Assembly (NCBI GenBank): GCA_030141605.1
Contig: JAQGDQ010000013.1
Span: forward strand, 62,001-126,000
Reading direction: 5' to 3'
Length of the DNA stretch: 64,000 nucleotides
Origin: Tubiluchus corallicola
Lineage: Eukaryota; Animalia; Priapulida
The notes under the pieces are model-generated. The model was not told the origin of the DNA. It searched no databases and was given only the letters and a program-made list of their open reading frames with translations. Of the stretch, positions 13,701-42,014 are shown in pieces (position 1 is the first letter of the stretch; each line of letters begins with the position of its first letter). Made by a program: the position numbers and the translations under genes.

Positions 13701-16700
13701 ACGGTGACGTAGACTTATAAAAATGGTGTTATGATTCATACAAGAAAGTGATACATGGAGGCTGACAGGTATTTTGGTGATCACTTTATTCACGGACCAA
13801 TTTTAGATGTGCGTGTGACACTATTCTAATGGAAAATTGCTCATTGTAGTTTCTTATGTGCACTTTGGCGACTACTAAAATTATGTTAATAAAACAGCAG
13901 GAACTTATATTAATTTTGATGTAGACTTAAAAAGAAACTGTACTTAACATTGGATTTAAACTTGTCTAGTGGGCGCTTATAATGATTTGACAGTTATACG
14001 TTCTTTCCAAAATTGCTTATAATAGATCGTGAAGCTGAGACATAACCACAACCTTGACGGAAACATGATTTCTGATCATTTGCCTGTGTGGCATGCTACC
14101 TTTCCGTGCAGTTTGGTACATTGCAAAGCAAAAGTCACTCAATAGTAGGGTCTGGAACCTATCTTATTAAAAAAAGCTAATCCTCAAGGCGAGACAGTGA
14201 AATGGCAGAGATGCATTAGCTACATAGGAAAATACATATATACATCTTCCTAGCAGTTTTCTTGGCAGTCACACATCTACTTTTAAGTAGACCTGATACT
14301 TTTTAACTTCCCATATAAGCATATCTATGACCACTTAGCAATTTCTTTGTACAAATAACTATTCGATTGCAATGGTTTCTAATGTGAGTCCAATTTATAT
14401 ACCACTCAAAAATAGACACTGGCCATCTGCAGTATTTAAATAGAGGTGTATCTTTTAAAATTTTTCCTTACCTGACAAGAAAGACCTTTTATCTGTAGAA
14501 TAACTGTCTTAGAGCGTGCTGTACCCAAGAAGAACTGTTGACTTTTTCTTTGACGACTAGACCTCATTGGAGTGCTATATGATCTACAATGTTTAAAAAT
14601 AGAACTATAAAACATTTTTACAAAAAAGATTATCATAACACAAATGTTACCATTTTATTTCAATTTTTTTGTTTATGCACGCAGTTAGATGTTGGCATTG
14701 TTAGTATTTAGCACTGTAATTAGCAAAAAAAATACAAATAAAAAGTTTTTTTTATAATTATTAAAGCTAGCATTGGCTTTGGTGATTGCTGATAGTATGT
14801 CAAGCTGGTTCATAATTCAATGTATAGAACATTTTGATTTGATGAAACGATTGTCTTTTGCTATAGTAAATCACTGATACGACTGATTAAATAAAATAGA
14901 TTATTCGGTCCATACATACGTATTTTGTGTATCACGTAAGGGAACAGATGTGTCTTTACTCAGAATTTGATGTAAATCTTGGGCAAGCTTCAGGGTATAC
15001 TCATCCAGTGCTTTGCTGCAATAATACAAAGTTCAACAAATACTTTAACACTAATGTTAACTAGAACATCTAATGTTCACTACACCACTACGTGCACATC
15101 ATAAAGGGGAATATCACTGCAGAAGCACTCAATCTGTACAACACGTAGGTTACGATACTCAATAAAATAGATGCCAAACTGATAAAAAAAATTGCAGAAT
15201 TAAATTGTTTGACAACACCAAGATTCAATCAAATTTTTTTTATTTAACATTTAATTTAATACAAAACATGCTTTACAAATTACAAAAACCAAGACATTTA
15301 CAATAATATAAACAAATATTAGCATTAACTGGCAGTCAATGAAAGAATGAATGCAATTAGTTGCAATCAGTAAATATGCATTGATTACGCTCTGGCAATT
15401 TTGGTTGTTCAATAAATCATTCGAATATATGTTTCAAAGATAACCAACTATCTTCAACTTTTTCTAGCATCCCAAGGTTGGCGCCTGCATATTTCTCCAT
15501 ATACCTTATACATATATTTAATACAGCTCACTGCACGATTAAAATTCAGTGTTTGTAATTTGCTTCGAGTACACCACGTATAATATTTTACTATTAAAAT
15601 GGTCTTATTTAAACATAGAAATTTTTTATATGGAAACTTTCCAAAAATTACAATAGACTTATCAATTTCTAGTGCATTACTTGTACGTTGCACCCACCAT
15701 TGTTTGAAATGTTCCCATATGAGTTTTACTTTATTACAAGCCCACAGAATACGTAATATGGTTTCTGTTTCCAAATTGCAAAAATTACAAGTGTCAGAAT
15801 CAACTTTATTGATTTGGAATAGAAAATCTCTTGTGGGTAGTATTTTGTGCAGAACACTAAACTGATAACTGCGTATTTTAGGATCTTTTGTACATTTGAA
15901 AGGAAGCGTTTTTCCATTTTATATTATAATTTATGAATTTTTCCTCCCATTTCGGTTCAGAAATTGGCAGAAGACTTTTTTGAGATAATAACTTTTTATA
16001 CACAATCGATGTTTTAAAGTCACTTTAAGATACAAGTTTTTTGGTTTCGCAATTGTCAGTTTCCCCTCTGCACAGTTTAACACCCGCATTTCAAATATCA
16101 TTTCGCCATCTATTTGGAATTGCACTGACAAGACTGTAATATTGAAGAAAATCAACTTCAATTGCAAATTTTCCAATGAACTGATCACGTGACATTATAG
16201 TTCCATTATCATTCATTAAATCATTAACGTATAGTACATTATTTTCAATACATGTTGTACAGAACGTATGGGTAACGTTAGGCTTTATATTATTATTATA
16301 CCATAATGTCTGTTTTAAATAATCCGTTTGAGTTATCAGATTTCTTAATATTTCACACCAGCATATAATTACATCTTGCCAGAAGGGGTTTCCAAGCATT
16401 ACTCTTTTCTACTAAAAAAGTTTTTTCCATTTTGTAAAATGGGACTCTACCCATTTTTGCTACCTCTTGCCAATTTCCATCTGTTGTCATTAGCTTGTGA
16501 GTCCACTTAGATTTCAAGGATTTGGCAAACGACTCCAAATCCATCATATTTGCACCACCTTCTGAAATTTCGGACATGAGTGTTTTTCGTTTAACTTTAT
16601 CTCGTTTACCACCCTATACAAACTTATATATTAATTTCTCAATCGGTTTCAACTTTTCATAATTCAAGTGGGGAGGGATGACAACAAATGGATTATTTTT

Positions 16701-19700
16701 GACAATATTAATGATTTAAAAACAGTTATCCACCCAAAGATCGTAAATGATCGCCAGGACCAAACTTTTCTAAAGATTTCGAATGTCCACAAGTTTACCA
16801 AAATCAAAAATATTTTCCAAATTGTGCAGATCAAATTTTATTCCCAAAACTGTAAAGATATTATTCGCCAAAGGCAAAATGTAAATTTTTACAAATACGT
16901 GCTTGGGAACCCCTTAAGTTGCCTTTGTTTTATTAGAATTCATTTTTAACCCAGAAACTTTACCAAAATTATTTACTATACGATGGGCTGCAAATAGTGA
17001 AGCATATGAGCCAATGAGATTAATTGCGGTATCATATGCATATTGGCTTAAGACTATTTCGTTGTTATTTACAACAATACCCTTTAATTGGATTAGCTAA
17101 AAACTCCACGCAAAATATGAAAATGTAAGGTGAGATAAGGTCACCCTGTCTAGTTCCCCGATGCAATTTGAAGAAGCTACTGTACGACCCATTGTTAAGT
17201 ACACAGCTTTCAATATTATTATAACAAATTCTGATCCATTTTTGAAAATTATCACCAAAATTTAAAAAATTTAAGACTTTGTGTATAAATTTCCACTCTA
17301 GCGTGTCAAACGCCTTTTCAAAATAAATTAATAACAAAATTCCGGAAATGTCTCTTTTTTCTGTGTAAAATTACTGTGTAAGTTGTACAATAGTCTTGTG
17401 TTTTCAGCCATGTATCGCCCTTTTAAAAAACATTTTTGAGTGTCACACTGATTAACACGCCAATAACGTTTTTTAAACGTTGGGCTAAGCAACTAGTGAG
17501 AATTTTGCAGTCCGTATTTAATAAAGAAATAGGTCTCCAATTTTTTAAGAACACACGGTCCTTATATGGTTTCGGAATACAAGTTATCACTCCTTGCCGT
17601 TGCATCGAAGATAGTTCTCCGAAAGTAAATGTTTCATTAAGAGATCTTAAAAGAAAAATAGATATGTCTTTCCAAAAGAAACTGTATCTTGAGTCTTCTG
17701 AACAGGTACACCGGCAATTAACAGAATATCTCGTCTGCTGTATTGACCTAAATTGTCTAGATATAATCAGGTTTCATTCAATTCTCTCTCAAAATGTAAA
17801 ATGATGGCCTTTTGTTTCTGCATTTCACTCTCTAAGTTTCGCATTTTTTATTTGCCTCTGTCAGATTCTCAAGTGCTGTACTTAACTGCGCATTCATTCC
17901 GTCTTATTTATTAGACGTAAACTGTTGACTGGCTTTGAGCTCAAAGACTTCACTTTGTATGGAGAAAACACTTTGTTATAAACTAAGCACAGAGCAAACC
18001 GATTCAGTAAGAGCTGACAGTTGTTTTAAAACTTCATGTAGTATCTTACAACATCGAACACAGCCTTCGGTGCCTTGACTTGATTTTTCATAGTTTTCAT
18101 CTACAGTAGTTTCTGAATGCTCGCTATTACTTACTTCAGGCCCGGAGTCCACACTCAAACTTTTATCCATCCTAGGTCTTTTTTGCACTTGCTGCTTCCA
18201 AGAATCCAAAGTTGACTGCATATTGCATATTATCACTATAAACTTTTCATTTGCAAAACATTCTAATCCTCAAGAACAACAATTTTTTCACATTTTTATG
18301 GGAAGAAACAAAATTCCACGTCAACCATATTACTCACGCATGCGCTCTTTTTTCGATTCAATCTAATTTTAAAACTTAACAACAAAAAAGTGCAAGTTTA
18401 TGTTAGCATAATTTTGATGATTACACCACCAAAATTTATTTTATATAAAGTTAAGCTTTTAAATTATGTGCTAATTGTAATATTAAACATTGAAGATATG
18501 TAGTGTCCTAGCAATCAAACAAACACATTTTTAAAATAAATGTAAATAAGCTGTTCCAAGTATGTCATTAATATCAAAACACAAACAGAAAGCAAACTAC
18601 AATGGAAAGGGCAAAATTGATGAATTTATTTTATTTAAATACAGTACCTCAGTGAGTAATAGAGATTTGTTTCACAAGTTAGCTCTACTACACAATTACT
18701 ACTTACTTCTGTGATACAATCTCCAATGCAGAGAGTATGCCGTATACAGCTCTCAGTGTTGGTCTATAGTCTACATTTTCACAAAATGACCATAGCGCCT
18801 AAAAAGTTAAATAGGATTTTATTCAAAGTTTAGGCATTTAAGCTATTTAATTTTAATTATCCTTATCATTATTTATTTTATACATCTTCAGACAGCAACT
18901 CTGCATTTAAGTGACTGAATAAATGATTTGTCGAACGCTGACTAATAAACAAAGTAATTAAACTAACTAACCTGTCAACTAATTAACTAGCTAACCAAAA
19001 CAACTATTCTACGGGGCGAGTTCTATACCAAATAACCGCAAAACTGAATTACGCACTCTACACTATTGGAAATTAAAATTCAACATAACTTACAACACCA
19101 ATTAAACCTTTCTTCATTTTGCAGGTCCTTCATGTAATCTCAAAAGCAAAAATTTTCTGCTTGCTTCCATGAGCTATGATTACAGGAAACTTTCTAATAA
19201 TAGAAGTATCATTTTTGCTTCCATTATCCCATGTGCTATTTTTTACAAAAAAGGCAGTGAATATAGAGAATCTAGGCCAATTATCCACATAAATATTAAA
19301 ATCATCACAAACCTGCAAAGCTGGCTTTACAATATCAGGATTACTGTCATCAAGAACATAGACCAGAAAAGAAACACATGTTGAATCCTAAAATACAAAA
19401 GTAATAATGCATACAAACAAAGTCTACAAGCATTTCTACAAAATTTGTGAAACATACTAAGAAACTTAATAAAAAAACAATAGAGAGAAAACTGATTCAT
19501 TGATAAGACAAGTAATTCTTGAATGCAAAACTGTTAACAAAATTGTGCATATGCCATATGGTATTTATCTCACACAAAATTGATTACCTGTAATGCTCTT
19601 GGATATCACCAAGCTGTTAAAACTTTATCAAATGAAGCAAAAAAACTTGTGCATAATGGCCTACTTACTTTAATTAAAGCTGGTCTTTTTGCTGGATCAG

Positions 19701-19764
19701 CTGCCAAGTCTCGGTAAGCATTAATGGTAGCCTGTGTAGCAGCATTCACTTTCCGTCCACTCAT
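10779..19764 (-). CDS. ARMC1: Armadillo repeat-containing protein 1; exons 19669-19764, 19313-19387, 18707-18798, 14920-15015, 14472-14583, 11855-11971, 11680-11754, 10779-10964 (282 aa)
   Basis: All junctions are GT-AG and phase-consistent. Peptides RDLAADP, QFFLGT..KTVILQIKGL, LLKVKGVISITF, LPPYLPEDDSP and C-terminal WFSAAANFFSKSFYW match the characteristic ARMC1 sequence. Confidence 0.95.
11220..11628. mobile_element. MITE with ~150-bp terminal inverted repeats and TA target duplication (Tc1/mariner-like) in an ARMC1 intron
   Basis: The left arm CACCAAAATGGAATTTATTG...GCCAAAAGACATATGATATAACAT is the near-perfect reverse complement of the right arm ATGTTATATCATATATCTTTTGGC...CAATAAATTCAATTTTGGTG. 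TA flanks both ends (11218-19, 11629-30). Confidence 0.88.
12540..13445 (-). mobile_element. Degenerate Tc1/mariner DNA transposon, 5' portion with transposase N-terminus remnant
   Basis: Frameshifted peptides VFTKEYKVLINICYQEK..RICKELPGK...VNRIIKK followed by a PGSGQPR (GRPR-like) motif. It is flanked by TA-rich microsatellites, and 13317-13440 is similar in reverse complement to 23853-23980. Confidence 0.6.
15238..18354 (-). mobile_element. L1/Tx1-clade non-LTR retrotransposon, frameshifted and internally deleted, inside an ARMC1 intron
   Basis: RT fragments GVITCIPKP..KNWRPISLLNTDCKIL, FEKAFDTLEW and RGTRQGDLISPYIF; C-terminal C..C...ET....WAC knuckle remnant; AATAAA/oligo-A end at ~15234-15245; direct repeat GATTCAATC(A/T)AATTTT at 15222-15237 and 18355-18370. 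Confidence 0.9.
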
Positions 19765-21370
19765 GGTGATAATTTGGCATAAAATCAAGTTGTGTCAGAA
19801 TGATACCCGCTTGTGAATTCTCACCAATTTTTGTTTAGTAGAATAACAGCTTGGATTTTGCACCTGTCAAAACCCTCATAATTTATTTACTTAAGTTAAA
19901 ACAAAAGCTGATCAAAATGCACTAGTAGTTAACATAATTACAGTAAATATATAACAGCTTAGGCCTTCTTCGTGACATACATAATGTGAAATCGTTTGTG
20001 ACGTAGATGCATAATGCATGCAATAGACCAAGTCAATGCATGATGTAGCATACATATTTCTCAGCAAGATACATTAGCCCACTTCACTTTATTTAATAAA
20101 ATTGTTTGTTTGATAGTTCTACTACCTAAAATTTGTCTTATTATTAGCGGTTGGAATTTAGAGTAATTTATCATTCGAATAATTGAGAACAATAATATTC
20201 AAATATCCGAATATTCAACTCATATACGACCCTAAGATGAATATACCTCCATCCTCATCACATGGAAATAGACAACAAACTATAAAGTGCAGTAGTTACT
20301 GTATCACTGAGTATATTAATTGTTGAACTGGAATGGTAAATTTACCTGCACACACACACACTGTTGCTCAGACTAAACTACATTGTTAATTACTGTGCTG
20401 TTATTGCACTACTTAGCTTCAAAATGAGCTGCACATGAGTGTAACATACAGCTTGTTGATTTTTAATAATTTATTTTTGCATTAGTGAACACTTTGCAGT
20501 GTCTGAATGAACTTTTTGAAATGTTTCTGTACCAAGCTTTAAGCTACTTGATGCCATAAAACGACAAGGGAGGCATCCCACTTCCTAGTAAATTAGTATT
20601 ACCAGCGCAGTGAGCTAACAGTGGAATATGCATGACTCCTTCTCGATATGCCACACAGGAGTAAACATGGTGGACTGTTCTATCGGGACCATCATCTTGC
20701 CTTGGCTTAGTTAGTCCCAAGGGTTTTGTCCCCATAAGTTGGTGGGTGGCATTCAGCATGTGACCAATACACTATACTTAGGATAATCGATTATTCATAC
20801 ACATCGATACTCGTTATTATTTTGCGCTAAACAATTTTGACAAGTGGTAGATATTTGTTGTTGCATAAAGATGGAGGGACATGGAATGTGACTATTTGGC
20901 GATAAAGGCTACTATAACTGTTGACAATCAAATGAGAAACAATAGTTTACTTAGCAATAAAAATATCTCGCAAATTTACATACTTATCACCGAAGAGTAC
21001 AGATTAGCTAATACTACTACTAGTAATAGCCACACTACACAGATTCATGCGTAGTATAATGAAAGCTGCACTGATGAAAACTATACTACATTACTACTGC
21101 AATACTACTATAACACTGTAATATTACTAGTAATACTACTGTAATAAGTAACTACACTACCTATAGTAATTAGTATAGTACTAGTAGTTAGTACTAACGT
21201 AACAATAAAGAAAATTTATAATTACGATTCTTCAAGTTTAGCAGTTGGTACATATGCACTAGTAGCCTATTCTATTTATATAACAATTTCAATTTAACAC
21301 TAGCAGGATACTTTGCAATGATTCTTATTTTCAAAAAGAGCAAACTAATCTAAAAATTAACAAAACATAC

Positions 21371-21527
21371 ACCGGATATATCTTTAAAATACCCGCGACG
21401 TCAGAGATAAGTTCGTGCTTTTATTGGCTAACGCATTAGACCGGAAGTATTGGGAATGCTGGGATACGCGCGGTTGTGAATAAGTTTTTGACTTTCCGAG
21501 TTTCTACCGTTTAAGTTGACGTTTAAG
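21371..21527. promoter_or_regulatory. Bidirectional promoter and non-coding first exons shared by ARMC1 (-) and MTFR (+)
   Basis: CpG-enriched patch in AT-rich DNA with CRE-like TGACGTCG (- strand, 21396-21403), inverted CCAAT (21423-21427) and ETS site CCGGAAGT (21441-21448). Outward-facing splice donors sit at 21370 (-, GTATGT) and 21528 (+, AAG|GTAATT). Confidence 0.7.
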
Positions 21528-22575
21528 GTAATTTAAACAATTATTGAACTTGATAAAATACTTTGACTGCCTTGACTTGTTTAGTGTCACATTCTAGTTA
21601 TTAATTTTACCGTTTTGTAATGGAATATAAGTAAAGAATTAAATTATTGCAGATTTGAGCAATGTAACTTAAAAGTTGACACCTTTGGCTTCAGTATAAG
21701 TCATTTCTACAGCATGGGTTGTCCATATACATTCGCGTAACGTTAAACTGATGTCATTAACTCTGTGGTGTCCCCCACTTACCCTGACAGACTGACGTAT
21801 GTTCAGCTGTTTGTTTAGCATATTATGGCATATTTTCATAAGACTCATCCAATTAGAATTATACAGTCTATATTACAAGCCTACCTATTTGAAATTGAGT
21901 AATGATGCGACAATTGGTTAATGTCCCTTAATTCAATAATTGTAACGCTTTTTGCATTCATTCTAATTCTGCACTGTTACAAGAAAGATGATATTACTGA
22001 ATAAAAAACATTTTTATATAATGACTTAGAAGTGTTAATTTCAAACTACCTGGTGCATAACTCTTGTTGAACACATTTCTTTGGCCAATAAACACCCGTT
22101 CGATAAAACGCTGCATTTTATCATGTATAATCTTTATTTTATCTTGATACACCTACAGACGTAATACAAATGATAAAAATTTTAAAACATTTTGTGAATA
22201 GTGCGGCAAAAATTGTATCACTTCACAAAGCTGTAGACGGACCAATGTTTGAATTGAAAGAACTCAAAAGAGATGCATTACTCTAGTCTAGCTTCTAATG
22301 TTCAACCAGACTCTATCTTCTCTTGAACTATTTTTTCTTCATAAAGTTGTTTACTTGGATTAGCCATTTCTTCTTGTCTTTTCTCTAGATTTCCCTCATC
22401 AGTAGTACCTTTTTGAATGGTGGAGGCATTGGAAATAATAGGGAATTAGTTAATTTAGTTTAAAAATATATGCATTTTATGGTTTTTGTTTTGCTTATAG
22501 TCATCATTGCGTCAATGTCTTGTGTTTTTACTGTATAACATTAGTGGAGTCATTTCTGTGTTTAGTTCAGGTTTA

Positions 22576-23115
22576 TGTAATGTTTTGCCACTTAATGCTT
22601 GCTGACCCGGGGCCTGCAATGACTTTCAATGGCCCTGATAATATCCATTATCACAATATGATAGGTATCTGCATTCTGTACTCGTAATGAGTAATACATA
22701 CATCAGTACATGATAAGTTTGAGCTTTGAAGATACTGTGCATACGTGTACTGACCGATATTTTTTTAGCAACCTATTGTTTTCACGTCTTCCTCGCCCAC
22801 CTTGGGTCACCATGCCCGGACACCTAGAGCTAGTTGGCTAGAATGGTCTACTAGGTGACGTATGCCTGTTTATCTTGACTAGGCTGTAGGACTTGACCGA
22901 TTAGGAATTGGTAATCACATTTCCATAGCACGAAATCCACATTTTGCTGCCATGTTGTTGTCGTTGGTGCACATCTAGCTTTTTGAGATACATCTGGATG
23001 CCTAGCTCATGGCCTTTTGTATGTATACATATGCCGTATGTCACTATATGTTTCAAGAGTTTCAAGAGTTTATTCATTTCAATGAATAAAGTTTGTCTAT
23101 GCTTATGTCATTACA
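22576..23115 (+). mobile_element. Possible solo LTR
   Basis: Begins TGTAATG and ends CATTACA (7-bp inverted repeat, TG...CA), has AATAAA at 23085-23090 and a GC-richer interior. The target duplication is imperfect (TTTA/TTTT). Confidence 0.3.
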
Positions 23116-23431
23116 TTTTGTATGTACACATATGCACTATGTCATTATGTTTCCACTATATTTTTGTCTATATGCCACTTAATTTCAGATTGAGAATGTT
23201 GGAACGAATATAATAGAATGGAAAAAGATGGGCATAGTCTGTTAGCACCAACACCATCCTTTTAAGTGACCTATTATTTAGCTGTTTCTGGTGGATAATA
23301 ACTGGTTATCAGTCACTCGAACATCAGTACTTCAGTTTAGATTTGACGTAGGGCTAGCATATAAGAATTTGTTGTAACATTGGTAGTTAACATAGCTATT
23401 TAAGATTTGAAAAAAATAGTCTGTACCAATT

Positions 23432-23790
23432 AACCAGAAAGCAGTAGGTGCCCACCTACCCACACCTTATCCCCGTGCCAAGCATCAATTTCTTATTTTA
23501 TTCTGCGGCTAAGAAAAAACTGGCGATAGACACACGGATCGAGCCAACATCTGTGTGTGTTGGTATTAACAGCAACATACAATGCAAGTTATATTTTTAT
23601 AATTGCCAAGAAATTGTAAAAAACCCATCCGTACCGACTGACCCAAAAATCAATTGGCTCCCAGCATTTCTTTGTGCCAGTTTAAACTTCTTAGATTACT
23701 TCATGGCTAAGAGAAGATGGTGACAGACTCACAGACACAGATCTAATCATTAATTCTGTATATATAGTTGCCCTATAAGGGCAGCTATAA
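23432..23790 (+). mobile_element. Helentron-associated (HINE/DINE-1-like) non-autonomous element
   Basis: Starts AACCAG, has short ACAG-type repeats near the 3' end, and ends with hairpin TATAGTTGCCCT-ATA-AGGGCAGCTATA (23763-23789) followed by A. Confidence 0.4.
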
Positions 23791-23849
23791 CAAAAGGGTT
23801 TTATATTAGACTTTTGACACTCTGGCAGTATACTAGCTGGTTAGTTATA

Positions 23850-24400
23850 CTGGACGCACAGAAAAAAACGTGCTGAAGTTTAGACTTAAATATTATTAGA
23901 TGTAAGTGACCTACAAATTTGGAATTTTTCACTGCTGTAACAATACATTAGCTTTCGGCTGCAAAAGTCACAAGTTTATAGGCTTAGTGGTTTTTAAGTT
24001 ATAACCGAATAGCTTTTGTATGTTAAAAATTTAAATGCCTAAACAATGTCAGTTAATCACCAATTGTTAAAATTGCCACGTTGATGTAACATGCCAGCAA
24101 AACAATAACGAAATCTGACAAATCAACCCAGTTGCTTCACCGCAAAATGTAAAGCATTGATAAAAATTTGTTATTAAGAAAAAAATGAGACCTAAACCTC
24201 TGGATTACGGTATTTGGAATTTTCTTAAAGAAAAAGTGTACAACGGCTGCACTGTTTGATGCAGAGTAACTATTGTCAAACATTTTTTAGTGCTGCAGCC
24301 AAATACCCCTTAAAGAAGCGAAAAACTGTATCATTTGTTGGAAGAAATGCCTTTGTCTAGTTTGCTTTAAACATGGTACAATAGTGACATAATTTTTTTT
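23850..24400 (+). mobile_element. Internally deleted Tc1/mariner copy, same family as 12540-13445
   Basis: 5' region is similar to the reverse complement of 13317-13440. At ~24189-24243 it encodes a frameshifted DLN(P)LDYGIWNFLKEKVY, the SPDLNP..W catalytic-region motif. Confidence 0.6.
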
Positions 24401-24779
24401 CTATATTTGGTTTTTTGACCTGTCGATTAAAACTTCTGTTCCTTTGGAAATCAAAGGAAATGGGCTAGAATTTTTGGTGTTTATGCAAAAGCGTATGCTA
24501 TCAGTGTGGCAATTTTCAAGAGATTTACTTATTTTGTTCTTATAGCATGATTGTACCACCTGCTATAAACCTTGGAAAAAGTATCAACATAGTTTCAAAA
24601 ATAAAAACTAGCACTACCGAATTTGCATTTCGGATTTAGACCTCGTTAATATGCAAGAGTCTCAAATATTTCTCTGTCATTATGGTTTATAAACTTCTGC
24701 TGTAGAGTTCTTTAAGATTCTGTAATGTTCAACTAATGAATTGTATCTTTTGACTAGGATTGCTTTCTAACAAGAATTT

Positions 24780-40935
<16,156 letters not shown>

Positions 40936-42014
40936 CCGATTGATATTTTTCACTGTGATGCTAACATGTTTGACTGTCAACTTCATACGTCTGTCAAGAT
41001 AACATTTGTTTGTTAAATATTAATTTTATATTAGCTTATGTAGTTTCTGAATTTATTCATTTGGTTGGACTATTCAACTTTGCTGTAAAAGTTGAGTAGA
41101 AAGAATATGAAAGCATTGTAAATTTAGAGAATTTGTTTCAAATAATTGAAGAGGATAATGTCTGATCACTTGAACATGATAATGAAATTTATTATAGTTG
41201 CTAAATCCATAATATCCATAGTATGTAATATTGATTAACTTGAGAACAGCATTTTGTATGAGAGAAAAATATATCCTGAAACTTCATGAAGAATCTAGTG
41301 TCAAGAGTAAGAATAAACTCATATTTATAGTAATGACCTTCTATTTCAGTTATTCCTATTTTTTAAAATAAATTCTTTTCCTGTTTTCAGCTGTTTAATT
41401 GACATACTAATTTCCTGAAACATATTGAACTAGTTAAATTGGTAAAAGAGGTGATTTATTAACAGTTAAACTCAATATTTCGATTATCTAATGGCAACCA
41501 ATACTCAACAACTTCCTGTTTTCTAACTACAGATTTGAGCCCGGATTGTACTGTAGTCCCTTTGAAATGCATTATGAATGAGTATTGTTGTTCTATCAGG
41601 CCTATCTGTTACTTATAGTGTGGCTGCTCTAAATAAATTAGTTGAATTACATTAATTGTTCCAATTCTTGTCTCATTAAGACTTATTCAATTCGGTGTTA
41701 TTGTGAGGACTGTCTGATTGCTTGAAAATGGAATCCAAATGGAAGCCATCACTTGATTCTACAAAACCACAGTTGATAGTGTCAAATCTTCACTACTCTA
41801 GAAGAATCTCTGCTGCTGACCAGTACATTTTTCAGCACTGCTTAAAATTTGTCAAAAAACAGGTGTCTGCTGGCATTTTCATTACATGCTAAGGATTCTG
41901 CTTAATATACTAAACGATGACAAGTTGTGTGGTCACATTGTCATAGAAATTATTAAACTGTACAAGTGTACACTGTAAAAATTCCATGCAGCAGTAGTTG
42001 TTTTTCTCATTTAT

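Noticed and set aside
19092-19318. Additional ARMC1 exon
   Set aside because: Stops occur in the candidate frames, and the 19313-to-18798 splice already gives a continuous ARMC1-like sequence.
20990-21200. (TAC/TAG)-rich low-complexity tract
   Set aside because: Degenerate simple repeat with no structure beyond composition.
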